A stretch of DNA of 32,000 nt from Longivirga aurantiaca. GTDB taxonomy: Bacteria; Actinomycetota; Actinomycetes; S36-B12; CAIYMF01. The notes beneath the pieces were generated by a model, which searched no databases, was not told the DNA's origin, and saw nothing but the letters and a program-made list of their open reading frames with translations. Made by a program: the position numbers and the translations under genes. Location: assembly GCF_042660085.1 (NCBI RefSeq), contig NZ_JBHSTI010000008.1:1179876-1211875 (forward strand), read 5' to 3'. This document shows, piece by piece, positions 16,429 to 26,379 of the stretch (position 1 is the stretch's first letter; each line of letters begins with the position of its first letter).

Positions 16429-16456
16429 GTGATGTTCTGACATTCAGTCACATCAC
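16429..16456. promoter_or_regulatory. Dyad symmetry GTGATGT-N14-ACATCAC (operator-like or RNA hairpin)
   Basis: Perfect 7-bp arms with an inner GAC/GTC pairing. The 12-bp perfect palindrome GCTCGATCGAGC follows at 16461-16472. Confidence 0.35.
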
Positions 16457-16579
16457 GATTGCTCGATCGAGCAGCACCGGCACCCGCGAGAAGGACGGCT
16501 CGTCCCCGCGGGACACCCCGGATCTGCACGACGCCGCCTCGCGGTGCGCAGACCGGAACGATTGGAAAGAGGTAAGGCC

Positions 16580-16609
16580 ATGGACGACTTCGGTCCCTGG
16601 GACGACTGA
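16580..16609 (+). CDS. Candidate 9-codon micro-ORF (MDDFGPWDD)
   Basis: GGAAAGAGG Shine-Dalgarno lies 7 nt upstream of ATG 16580; the stop is TGA 16607-16609. Seven of the eight sense codons after the ATG end in G or C. Two strong hairpins follow. Translation is not proven. Confidence 0.3.
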   Translation: MDDFGPWDD

Positions 16610-16617
16610 GTCCCCCT

Positions 16618-16638
16618 GTCGACCCCGACGGGGTCGAC
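16618..16638 (+). other. Perfect 9-bp stem / 3-nt loop hairpin
   Basis: GTCGACCCC-GAC-GGGGTCGAC, 8 nt after the micro-ORF stop. Confidence 0.5.
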
Positions 16639-16651
16639 CACAGATGTCGCG

Positions 16652-16680
16652 AAGGCCCCCGCAACGATGCGGGGGCCTTT
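16652..16680 (+). terminator. GC-rich terminator-like hairpin
   Basis: AAGGCCCCCGC-AACGAT-GCGGGGGCCTT has an 11-bp stem and 6-nt loop, followed by a single further T (16680). The short U-run is as in I-shaped actinobacterial terminators. Confidence 0.5.
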
Positions 16681-16688
16681 GCCGTGCT

Positions 16689-16697
16689 GGGGGGGGG
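16689..16697 (+). repeat. G9 homopolymer tract
   Basis: Nine consecutive G residues between the terminator-like hairpin and the ydeI-like start. Confidence 0.9.
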
Positions 16698-16761
16698 TCC
16701 TGGCCGGCTGACGGCCCAGAAGTCTCGCGCCGACCGGCTCGGGCGGTGGAGGGTGGGGCGC

Positions 16762-17334
16762 ATGGCTGAGGAAGAGGCGCTGTCGTTCGCGATCGCCGCC
16801 GACTTCGCCGCGTGGATCTCAGCGCGATCGGGGCCGGACGGCGTCTGGCTCCGCGTGCCGATGAAGGCGTCGGGCCACCCTGGGATCGGCTACGCCGAGG
16901 CGCTGCAGGTGGCGCTGGCGCACGGCTGGATCGACGGGCAGAGGAAGGGCGACGACGGGAGCGGCTACTGGCTGCAGCGCTTCACGCCACGACGTGCGCG
17001 CAGCCGTTGGTCGCAGGTCAACTGCGCGCACGCAGAGAAGCTCATCGCCGAGGGTCGCATGACGCCCGCCGGTCTCGCCGAGGTCGAGGCCGCGAAGGCC
17101 GACGGCCGGTGGGCGGCGGCGTACGCCCCGCAGAGCCGCGCCGAGGTGCCGCCGTCGCTCGCCGCGGCGTTCGACGCCACGCCTGGCGCGCGCGAGGCGT
17201 TCGAGGCGCTCGACAGCCGCAACCGGTTCGCCGTCCTGCACCGGGCGGCGTCCCCGAAGACCGACAGGGGCCGCCTGGCCGCGGCCGAACGCCTCGCCAC
17301 CATGCTCGCCCGAGGCGACAAGCCCTACCCCTGA
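16762..17334 (+). CDS. YdeI/OmpD-associated family protein
   Basis: 190 aa from ATG 16762, with GGTGGAGGGTGGGG upstream. FAAWI...GVWLRV...GIGYAEALQVALAHGWIDGQRK...RFTPRRARSRWSQVN and a C-terminal FEALDSRNRFAVL... resemble YdeI/OmdA-type proteins. Confidence 0.8.
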   Translation: MAEEEALSFAIAADFAAWISARSGPDGVWLRVPMKASGHPGIGYAEALQVALAHGWIDGQRKGDDGSGYWLQRFTPRRARSRWSQVNCAHAEKLIAEGRMTPAGLAEVEAAKADGRWAAAYAPQSRAEVPPSLAAAFDATPGAREAFEALDSRNRFAVLHRAASPKTDRGRLAAAERLATMLARGDKPYP

Positions 17335-17380
17335 TTCGACGTCGTACGGGGACGGGGCCGCGACCTAGACTGGCGAGGTC

Positions 17381-20300
17381 ATGTCGGCCGACGTACCCCC
17401 TGAAGCAGCGCCGTCGGTCGCGGACCTCCGGAGCCGCCTCGACGGCGTGATGCTGCGCGACCGCAGGCGGCTCGGACGCCGGCTCGAGGGCGCCCGCAAG
17501 ATCCGCGACGACGCCAAGCGCGCGCAGTCGCTCGCCACGATCGCCGCCGACGTCGTGCGGGCCGAGACGCGCATCGCTGCGCGGCGTGCGTCGGTGCCGA
17601 CGATCACGTATCCGGATCTCCCCGTCAGCGCGCGGCGCGACGACATCGCGGCCGCGATCCGCGACCACCAGGTGGTCGTGATCGCCGGTGAGACCGGCAG
17701 CGGCAAGACCACGCAGATCCCGAAGATCCTGCTCGAGCTCGGCCGTGGGGTCGTCGGGCAGATCGGGCACACGCAGCCCCGTCGTATCGCGGCGCGGGCC
17801 GTCGCGGACCGGGTGGCGGAGGAGCTCGGCGTCGAGCTCGGCGAGGCCGTCGGCTACCAGGTGCGCTTCACCGACCACTCGAGCGACCGCACGCTCGTGA
17901 AGGTGATGACCGACGGCGTGCTGCTCGCCGAGATCCAGAACGACCGGCTGCTCGAGCGCTACGACACGATCGTGATCGACGAGGCGCACGAGCGCAGCCT
18001 CACGATCGACTTCCTGCTGGGCTACCTGCGCGAGATCCTGCCGAGGCGGCCGGATCTCAAGATCGTGGTCACCTCGGCCACGATCGACACCGCGCGGTTC
18101 AGCGAGCACTTCCATGGAGCGCCGGTCGTCGAGGTGAGCGGCCGCACCTACCCGGTCGACGTCGTCTACGAGCCGTACGGCGTCGAGGACGGCGACGACC
18201 GCGACCAGGTGACGGCGATCTGCGACGCGGTGCTGGTGCTGCAGGGGCAGGGACCCGGCGACATCCTCGTGTTCCTGTCGGGGGAGCGGGAGATCCGCGA
18301 CACCGCCGACGCGCTGCGCGGGCTGAAGCTGCGCGACACCGAGATCCTGCCGCTCTACGCGCGCCTGTCGGCCCAGGAGCAGCACCGGGTCTTCGAGCCG
18401 CACAGCGGGCGTCGGGTGGTGCTGGCCACGAACGTCGCCGAGACCTCGCTCACCGTGCCGGGCATCCGGTACGTCGTCGACCCCGGCACCGCGCGCATCA
18501 GCAGGTACTCCGCGCGGCTGAAGGTGCAACGGCTCCCGATCGAGGCGATCTCGCAGGCGAGCGCCAACCAGCGCAGCGGCCGCTGCGGGCGCGTGGCCGA
18601 CGGCATCGCGATCCGGCTCTACTCCGAGGGGGACTTCCTCGCCCGGCCGGAGTTCACCGAGCCGGAGATCCTGCGCACAAACCTCGCCTCGGTCATCCTG
18701 CAGATGACGGCGCTCGGCCTCGGCGACATCGAGCGGTTCCCGTTCGTCGAGCCGCCCGACTCGCGCCAGATCCGCGACGGCGTCGAGCTCCTGCGCGAGC
18801 TGAACGCGCTCGAGCCGGGGAAGGAGCTGCGGCTCACGGAGATCGGGCGGCGCCTGGCCCGGCTCCCGCTCGACCCGCGCCTCGGCCGCATGGTGCTCGA
18901 GGCGGAGGCGCAGGGCTGCGTCGCCGAGGTGCTCGTGATCGCGAGCGCCCTGTCGATCCAGGACCCGCGCGAGCGCCCGGTCGACAAGCAGGCGCAGGCC
19001 GACCAGATGCACGCGCGCTTCCGGGACGCCACGAGCGACTTCCTCGCGCACCTCGCGCTGTGGACCTACCTGCGCGAGCAGCAGCGCGAGCGCAGCGGCA
19101 ACAACTTCCGGCGCATGTGCCGCGACGAGTACCTGCACTACCTGCGGGTGCGCGAGTGGCAGGACGTCCACTCCCAGCTGCGTCAGGCGTGCAAGGACCT
19201 CGGGATCGAGGTCGGTCGGCTCGGCACGGCGGACGGCGGAGCGCACGACCCTGCCGCCGTGCACCGTGCGCTCGTCGCAGGACTGCTGTCGCACCTCGGC
19301 TCGTACGACCCCGTGCGCCGCGACTACCTCGGTGCCCGCGGCGCGCGGTGGGCGATCCATCCCGGGTCCGCGCTGTCGCGCAAGCCGCCGCAGTTCGCCG
19401 TCGCCGCGGAGCTCGTCGAGACCTCGCGCCTGTTCGGCCGGGTCGTCGCGCGGGTGGATCCCGAGGCTGTCGAGAAGATCGCGGGCGACCTCGTGCAGCG
19501 GTCGTACTCCGAGCCGCGCTGGAGCAAGAAGCGCGTGGCCGTCGTCGCGGACGAGCGGGTCACGTTGTACGGCGTGCCCCTCGTCGTCGGTCGGACGGTG
19601 CAGTACGGCCGCATCGACCCGGTGGTGTCACGCGACCTGTTCATCCGGCACGCGCTCGTCGGCGGCGAGTGGGACTCGCACCACCGCTTCGTGCGCGACA
19701 ACGCGCGCGCCGTGTCCGACGTGGCCGAGATCGAGGATCGCGTCCGACGCCGCGACCTCCTCGTCGACGACGAGGTGCTCGTCGAGTTCTTCGAGGAGCG
19801 GCTGCCGCGCACGATCAGCGACGGGCGCGCGTTCGACCGGTGGTGGCGCGACGAGCGCCGCAAGCACCCCGACCTCCTGACCTACCCCCGCGACCTCCTC
19901 GTGCGCAGCGTCGGCGAGGACGTGGAGAGCGACTTCCCGCGGTCGTGGTCGTTCGGCTCGTTCGAGGTCGAGCTGCCGCTGTCGTACGCCTTCGAGCCGG
20001 GCAGCGACGTCGACGGCGTCACCGTCGACCTGCCCATCGCCCTTCTGCCGCAGGCGCATCCGGACGACTTCCTGTGGCAGGTGCCCGGTCGGCGCGAGGA
20101 GGTCGTGACGGCGCTCATCCGTGGGCTGCCGAAGAGCCTCCGCACCGCGTTCGTCCCGGTGCCCGACACCGCGCGCGCCGTGCTGCAGACGCTGGCACCG
20201 GGGGAGCGGGGCCTGCTCGACGCCCTCGGCCACACGCTCACGCGGATGTCCGGGGTCGTGGTGCCGTACGACGCGTGGGCGCCCGAGGCCCTCCCCGACC

Positions 20301-21325
20301 ACCTGCGCGTGACGATCCGCGTGGTCGACGAGGCCGGCGCCGAGCTCGCGTCCGGGAAGGACCTCGCGGCGCTGCAGCAGCAGCTCGCTCCGGCCGTGGC
20401 CGAGACGATCTCGCACGCCTCGCGCGATCTCGAGGTGCGCGGGCTCACCGAGTTCCCCGCGGACGGCGTCGCACGCGTGGTGCAGGAGACGCACGGGGAG
20501 CACGTGGTGCAGGGGTGGCCCGCCCTCGTCGACACCGGTGACGCCGTCGACCTCCGGGTCCTCGTCACGCGCACCGAGCAGCTGGTGGCCATGCGCTCCG
20601 GCGTGCGGAGGCTGATGAGGCTGCGGACGCCGGTGCCCGTGCGCTACGTCGTCGGGGTGCTGACCATGAAGGAGAAGATCGCGCTCGGGCACACGCCGCA
20701 CGGATCCGTGCCGGCGCTGCTCGACGACGCGCTCGGTGCCTGCCTCGACGCCGGTGTCGCGCGGGCGGCCGCGGGTGCGGCGCCCGGGTTCTCCGACGGC
20801 GTGCCGTGGACGCGGCCGGCGTACGACGCGGCGCTGCTCGCCGCGCAGGACCGGCTCGGCGACGAGCTGCTGCGCGTGGTGCGGCAGGCGGCCGTCGCGC
20901 TCGAGCTCTCGACCGAGGTGCGGATGCGCCTGCCGGGGATCACCTCGCCCAAGCTGGCCGACCTCGTCCGCGACGTGCAGACCCAGGTCGACGCGCTGCT
21001 GCCCGATGGCTTCATCACCCTCACCGGGGTCGACCGGATGCCCGACCTCGTGCGCTACCTGCGGGCCGTCGTACGCCGTCTCGACACAGCGCCCGAGGAC
21101 ACCGGCCGAGACCGGCTGCGCCAGAGCCAGATCGAGGCGGTGACCTCCGAGTGGCGCGACACGCTGGCCGCGCTGCACCCCGCCGAGCGGGAGACGCCGG
21201 CTGCGCACGAGGTGCGCTGGATGATCGAGGAGCTGCGGGTGAACCTCTTCGCGCAGAACCTCGGCACCCGCACACCGATCAGCGACAAGCGCATCCACAA
21301 GGCCCTCGACGCCCTCCTCGCCTGA
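17381..21325 (+). CDS. hrpA: ATP-dependent RNA helicase HrpA (DEAH-box)
   Basis: 1314 aa. Motif I GETGSGKTTQ, motif II VIDEAHERS, SAT, FLSGEREI, TNVAETSLTVPGIRYVVD, QRSGRCGR, then the HA2/OB and long HrpA-specific C-terminal region. Confidence 0.95.
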   Translation: MSADVPPEAAPSVADLRSRLDGVMLRDRRRLGRRLEGARKIRDDAKRAQSLATIAADVVRAETRIAARRASVPTITYPDLPVSARRDDIAAAIRDHQVVVIAGETGSGKTTQIPKILLELGRGVVGQIGHTQPRRIAARAVADRVAEELGVELGEAVGYQVRFTDHSSDRTLVKVMTDGVLLAEIQNDRLLERYDTIVIDEAHERSLTIDFLLGYLREILPRRPDLKIVVTSATIDTARFSEHFHGAPVVEVSGRTYPVDVVYEPYGVEDGDDRDQVTAICDAVLVLQGQGPGDILVFLSGEREIRDTADALRGLKLRDTEILPLYARLSAQEQHRVFEPHSGRRVVLATNVAETSLTVPGIRYVVDPGTARISRYSARLKVQRLPIEAISQASANQRSGRCGRVADGIAIRLYSEGDFLARPEFTEPEILRTNLASVILQMTALGLGDIERFPFVEPPDSRQIRDGVELLRELNALEPGKELRLTEIGRRLARLPLDPRLGRMVLEAEAQGCVAEVLVIASALSIQDPRERPVDKQAQADQMHARFRDATSDFLAHLALWTYLREQQRERSGNNFRRMCRDEYLHYLRVREWQDVHSQLRQACKDLGIEVGRLGTADGGAHDPAAVHRALVAGLLSHLGSYDPVRRDYLGARGARWAIHPGSALSRKPPQFAVAAELVETSRLFGRVVARVDPEAVEKIAGDLVQRSYSEPRWSKKRVAVVADERVTLYGVPLVVGRTVQYGRIDPVVSRDLFIRHALVGGEWDSHHRFVRDNARAVSDVAEIEDRVRRRDLLVDDEVLVEFFEERLPRTISDGRAFDRWWRDERRKHPDLLTYPRDLLVRSVGEDVESDFPRSWSFGSFEVELPLSYAFEPGSDVDGVTVDLPIALLPQAHPDDFLWQVPGRREEVVTALIRGLPKSLRTAFVPVPDTARAVLQTLAPGERGLLDALGHTLTRMSGVVVPYDAWAPEALPDHLRVTIRVVDEAGAELASGKDLAALQQQLAPAVAETISHASRDLEVRGLTEFPADGVARVVQETHGEHVVQGWPALVDTGDAVDLRVLVTRTEQLVAMRSGVRRLMRLRTPVPVRYVVGVLTMKEKIALGHTPHGSVPALLDDALGACLDAGVARAAAGAAPGFSDGVPWTRPAYDAALLAAQDRLGDELLRVVRQAAVALELSTEVRMRLPGITSPKLADLVRDVQTQVDALLPDGFITLTGVDRMPDLVRYLRAVVRRLDTAPEDTGRDRLRQSQIEAVTSEWRDTLAALHPAERETPAAHEVRWMIEELRVNLFAQNLGTRTPISDKRIHKALDALLA

Positions 21326-21380
21326 CCCCTGGTGGGATACGGCGGTGCTGGGCGCTGGCGGCGTCTGGTTGGGTAGGCGG

Positions 21381-22094
21381 ATGCACCAGGAGCCCGAGCA
21401 GTCCGCCCTACGCCGGATCCTGCTCTTCCTCAAGGGCTCGGCCACCATCCCGCGCACGCGCTGGACCGCGCGTCGGTTCTGGCGGCCCACGCCCGGCTCG
21501 GTGTTCTCGCTCCTGCTCGGGCTCGTCCTGTTCGGGCTCGGCGAGGCCTTCCTGCTCGTGGCCGACCTCGGTGCCACGCCGTGGACGGTGCTGGCGCAGG
21601 GCCTCAGCCTCCGCACCGACCTGTCGATCGGCTGGGTCACGTTCGCCGTGAGCACGCTGGTGCTGCTGCTCTGGATCCCGCTGCGGCAGAGGCCCGGTCT
21701 CGGCACGATCGCGAACATCGTGGTCATCGCGCTCGTGCTCGACCTCGCGTATGCCTGGCTGCCCGTGCCGAGCGGCCTGGGCCTGCGCTACGTGTTCGTG
21801 TTCGTCGGGATCGGCCTCATCGGCCTCGGCAGCGGCTTCTACCTCACGGCGGGGCACGGTCCCGGGCCGCGCGACGGCTGGATGACCGGTCTGCACCACC
21901 GCACCGGCCGCCCGGTCGCGCAGATCCGCCTCGGCATCGAGGTCGTGGTGCTCACCGTCGGCTGGCTGCTCGGGGGCACCGTGGGCATCGGCACCGCGCT
22001 GTTCGCGCTGCTGATCGGACAGTCGGTGGCCCTCGGCCTCACGCTCGTGCGCCACGTCGTCCCGCCGGCGCAGCCGCACGCACCGCGGACCTGA
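21381..22094 (+). CDS. YczE/YitT-like polytopic membrane protein
   Basis: About 237 aa from ATG 21381 (GTG 21345 is also possible). Five to six hydrophobic helices and the LGxxPWTVLxxGL motif near the first helix, as in YczE-type proteins. Confidence 0.7.
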   Translation: MHQEPEQSALRRILLFLKGSATIPRTRWTARRFWRPTPGSVFSLLLGLVLFGLGEAFLLVADLGATPWTVLAQGLSLRTDLSIGWVTFAVSTLVLLLWIPLRQRPGLGTIANIVVIALVLDLAYAWLPVPSGLGLRYVFVFVGIGLIGLGSGFYLTAGHGPGPRDGWMTGLHHRTGRPVAQIRLGIEVVVLTVGWLLGGTVGIGTALFALLIGQSVALGLTLVRHVVPPAQPHAPRT

Positions 22095-22162
22095 CCGGTC
22101 AGGGGTCGTCGACCGTCCGGCCAGGGGCGCCGGAGGGGCTCTCGACGGCTCCCGCACGACGG

Positions 22163-22192
22163 ACGCCCTCCCGCTCGCACGCGGGAGGGCGT
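22163..22192. terminator. Bidirectional terminator hairpin between the convergent yczE-like and LLM oxidoreductase genes
   Basis: ACGCCCTCCCGC-TCGCAC-GCGGGAGGGCGT is a perfect 12-bp stem, followed by TCGT. Confidence 0.6.
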
Positions 22193-22209
22193 TCGTACGT
22201 CGTGGCCGG

Positions 22210-23229
22210 CTACGACTTCGCGAGCCCGTGCTCCTGGAGCGCAGGCATGACCTTCTGGGCGTACGCCTTCAGGGTCGAGTCCTGGGCGTCGTGCTGCAGG
22301 TAGATCGCGAACTGGTCGACGCCGAGGTCGCGCAGGGCCTTCAGCCGCTCGATGTGGGCCTCGGCCGGGCCGAGCACGCAGAACCGGTCCACGATCTCGT
22401 CCGGCACGAACTCCACGTGCGCGTTGCCGGCGCGTCCGTGCGAGTTGTAGTCGTACCCCTGGCGACCCGCGATGTAGTCGGTCAGTGCCTGCGGCACCGC
22501 AGCGCCGTCCGAGCCGTACCGCTCGACGATGTCGGCCACGTGGTTGCCGACCATCCCGCCGAACCACCGCACCTGGTCGCGCTGGTGCTCGATGTCGTCA
22601 CCGACGTACGCCGGTGCGGCGACGCAGATCTTGACCGACATCGGGTCGCGACCGGCCTGCTCGGCCGCGCGGCGTACGGCGGCGATGCTCCACTCCGCGA
22701 TCGCCAGGTCGGCGAGCTGGAGGATGAAGCCGTCCGCCACCTCGCCGGTGAGGGCGAGCGCCTTGGGCCCGTAGGCCGCGACGTACATGTCGAGCTGGCT
22801 GCCCTTGCTCCACGGCAGGCGCAGGTGGCTCCCGTTGTGGTCGACGGATCGGCCGTTGGCCAGCTCACGGATCACGTGGATGCTCTCGCGCAGCTCGGCG
22901 AGGGTCGACGGGCGGCCGTTCGTGACGCGCACCGCCGAGTCGCCGCGCCCGATGCCGCACACCGTGCGGTTCCCGAACATGTCGTTGAGCGTGGCGTACG
23001 TCGACGCGGTCACGGTCCAGTCGCGGGTGGCGGGGTTGGTGACCATCGGGCCGACGATGATGCGGTTGGTCTGCGACAGGATCTGGCTGTAGATCACGTA
23101 CGGCTCCTGCCAGAGCAGGTGCGAGTCGAAGGTCCAGACGTAGCTGAAGCCCGCGATCTCGGCCTTCTTCGCCAGGTCGACCACGCGCCACGCGGGCGGG
23201 TTGCACTGCAGGACGACTCCGAAGTCCAC
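22210..23229 (-). CDS. Luciferase-like (LLM class) flavin/F420-dependent oxidoreductase
   Basis: 339 aa from GTG 23229, with AGGAGA SD 4 nt upstream, 8 nt after the dihydropyrimidinase stop. TIM-barrel LLM features: VDFGVVLQ..., AGFSYVWTFDSHLLWQ, GIGRGDS, VAAYGPKAL. The N-terminal 183 codons of track ORF 22210..23778 are artefact. Confidence 0.85.
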   Translation of the reverse strand: MDFGVVLQCNPPAWRVVDLAKKAEIAGFSYVWTFDSHLLWQEPYVIYSQILSQTNRIIVGPMVTNPATRDWTVTASTYATLNDMFGNRTVCGIGRGDSAVRVTNGRPSTLAELRESIHVIRELANGRSVDHNGSHLRLPWSKGSQLDMYVAAYGPKALALTGEVADGFILQLADLAIAEWSIAAVRRAAEQAGRDPMSVKICVAAPAYVGDDIEHQRDQVRWFGGMVGNHVADIVERYGSDGAAVPQALTDYIAGRQGYDYNSHGRAGNAHVEFVPDEIVDRFCVLGPAEAHIERLKALRDLGVDQFAIYLQHDAQDSTLKAYAQKVMPALQEHGLAKS

Positions 23230-23237
23230 GCGGTCTC

Positions 23238-24649
<1,412 letters not shown>

Positions 24650-24653
<4 letters not shown>

Positions 24654-25486
24654 GGCTGCACCAGGTCGCCGTAGGCCTCGGGCCGACGATCGCGGTAGAA
24701 GGCCCAGCGGTTGCGCACCTCGGTGAGCAGCTCGAGGTCGAGGTCGCGGATCATGAGCTCGGGGGAGTGGCTGTCAGCGACCTCGCCGACGAACGCGCCC
24801 TGCGGGTCGACGAAGTACGAGGTGCCGTAGAAGTCGTCGTCGCCGAGGTCCTCGATCCCGACACGGTTGATCGCGCCGATGAAGTACTCGTTCGCGACCG
24901 CAGCGGCCGGCTGCTCGAGCTTCCAGAGGTACGACGAGAGCCCGCGCGAGGTGGCCGACGGGTTGAACACGATCTGCGCACCGTTCAGGCCGAGCGCGCG
25001 CCAGCCCTCGGGGAAGTGCCGGTCGTAGCAGATGTAGACGCCGACCTTCCCGACCGCGGTGTCGAAGACCGGGAAGCCGAGGTTGCCGGGGCGGAAGTAG
25101 AACTTCTCCCAGAAGCCCCTCACGTGCGGGATGTGGTGCTTGCGGTACTTGCCCAGGTAGCTGCCGTCGGCGTCGATCACGGCGGCGGTGTTGTAGAGGA
25201 AGCCCGGCTGCTCCTGCTCGTACATCGGCAGCACCATCACCATCGACAGCTCGCGCGCGAGGGCCTGGAAGCGTTCGACCGTCGGGCCGGGCACCGTCTC
25301 GGCGTACTCGTAGAAGGCGGCGTCCTGCACCTGGCAGAAGTAGGGGCCGTAGAACAGCTCCTGGAAGCAGATGACCTGCGCCCCTGCCGCGGCGGCCTCG
25401 CGCGCGTAGTTCTCGTGCGCGACGATCATCGACTCCTTGTCGCCCGTCCACGAGGTCTGGACGAGGGCGGCTCTGACGACGGACAC
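24650..25486 (-). CDS. Carbon-nitrogen hydrolase (nitrilase superfamily), beta-ureidopropionase / N-carbamoyl-amino-acid amidohydrolase-like
   Basis: 278 aa from GTG 25486, with AGGAGG SD 5 nt upstream. Glu-Lys-Cys triad contexts: ICFQELF, GKYRKHHIP, VYICYDRHFPE. Confidence 0.9.
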
Positions 25487-25533
25487 GACTGCCTCCTGGG
25501 CACCGGCCGACCGACCCGGTCGGCGAGAGCCTC

Positions 25534-25562
25534 ACTTAACCCCTACGCCGGGGTGGGGGCAA
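25534..25562 (-). promoter_or_regulatory. Possible promoter of the C-N hydrolase / hydA / LLM operon
   Basis: The minus strand reads TTGCCC (25562-25557), a 17-nt spacer, then TTAAGT (25539-25534). A GCCGAC-N7-GTCGGC hairpin (25506-25524) lies between this and the SD. The consensus match is modest. Confidence 0.3.
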
Positions 25563-25631
25563 TCGGTTCGCGGAGATGTTCACACAGCGGTTGCGCGCCG
25601 CAGGTGCCGTACGTCGGAGCAGCGGACGCCG

Positions 25632-26273
25632 TCAGTCGATGCGGACGATCTCCCCGGACGCGGTCTTGAAGTGCACCGCCACGAGGCCCGGCTCCTCGGC
25701 GTCGACCCACTGGACGTCGGTGCCGTCGATCGGCGTGTCGACGCTGCCGCCGAGCCAGGCGCGGATGCGGTCCTTGTCGCCGGCGAGCTCGCACGAGACG
25801 GCCGACACGTGGGCCGGGTGCGCCATCGACGGGTGCTGCGCGGCATCGCTCGTCCACTGGATGAAGAAGGGGAGGGACGGGTCCTCGCGGAGCTCGGTGA
25901 TGCCGAGCTGCTTCCACGTGAGGTCGTAGCCGTCCGGGCGCACCCGGTGGCCGTCGACCGACTCGCGGCCCACGCGCTGCTCGATCGGCGTGATGTCGTC
26001 GACTGCGACGACCCAGCCCAGCCAGCCGCCGCCGTCCTCGGCGCGGGCGCGCACCGCCTGGCCGAACGGAGCCTTGTCCGAGGCGGGGTGGTCGAGCGCC
26101 GCGACGACCTCGAGGTAGACGCCGCCCTCGAGGGGGAGGATGAAGTTGCGGGTGCCGAAGCGGGGGTGGCGTCCGCCGTCCTCGAACGAGCCGCCCAGCT
26201 GCTGGCCGAGGCGCTGAACGGTGTCGACGAGCTCGTTGTGCGACACGGCGTAGGAGACGTGGTCCAGGCGCAT
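25632..26273 (-). CDS. VOC (glyoxalase-like domain) family protein
   Basis: 213 aa from ATG 26273, with AGGA 7 nt upstream. MRLDHVSYAV opening and the LPFFIQW...HP motif of Glyoxalase_3-type proteins. The track start at 26348 adds an unsupported 25-aa extension. Confidence 0.8.
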   Translation of the reverse strand: MRLDHVSYAVSHNELVDTVQRLGQQLGGSFEDGGRHPRFGTRNFILPLEGGVYLEVVAALDHPASDKAPFGQAVRARAEDGGGWLGWVVAVDDITPIEQRVGRESVDGHRVRPDGYDLTWKQLGITELREDPSLPFFIQWTSDAAQHPSMAHPAHVSAVSCELAGDKDRIRAWLGGSVDTPIDGTDVQWVDAEEPGLVAVHFKTASGEIVRID

Positions 26274-26379
26274 AAAGGGATCCTGCCGCACCCGATCCGG
26301 GCGCCGTGCAGGGGGGTGGGTGTTCACGTGGAAGGTCTTGTGCGCCAACGGTTCTCGTGCCCCACCAAGATCGCCGGGA

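Larger units (their letters stand above)
16419..16680 (+). ncRNA. Candidate structured RNA / leader (unclassified) containing a micro-ORF
   Basis: By-eye folds: 16429-16456, 16483-16512, 16518-16556, 16599-16614, 16618-16638 and 16652-16679. An unpaired SD lies between them. The ends are inferred from the putative promoter and the terminal hairpin. I recognise no match to a known Rfam class. Confidence 0.3.

Noticed and set aside
16182-16440. Possible riboswitch in the long 5' region of the amidohydrolase gene (minus strand)
   Set aside because: I could not find conserved cores of the guanidine, ZTP, purine, cobalamin, c-di-GMP or other classes I know. GC-rich pairings are expected by chance. 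This remains open for a cmscan check but is not claimed.
16255-16443. 62-aa minus-strand ORF, and a 40-aa plus-strand ORF (16318..16440, MRLTWDDAAPNG...) in the intergenic island. Also the 9-mer TGGGACGAC, shared by 16330..16338 and the micro-ORF (16598..16606), which encodes W-D-D in both.
   Set aside because: GC3 in both ORFs is clearly lower than in real genes here. Neither has an SD or a leaderless start context, and neither has a recognisable fold. The shared 9-mer was noticed post hoc and could be chance. I note it only as something a comparative alignment would settle.
16544-16609. Longer 21-codon version of the micro-ORF starting at in-frame GTG 16544 (VRRPERLERGKAMDDFGPWDD)
   Set aside because: That GTG lies inside the predicted 16518-16556 stem and has no SD. 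The strong SD is positioned for ATG 16580.
17042-21727. 772-aa and 699-aa minus-strand ORFs and several plus-strand alternative frames across hrpA
   Set aside because: Only the 17381..21325 frame carries the full DEAH helicase motif set. The others are Arg/Pro/Gly-rich artefacts.
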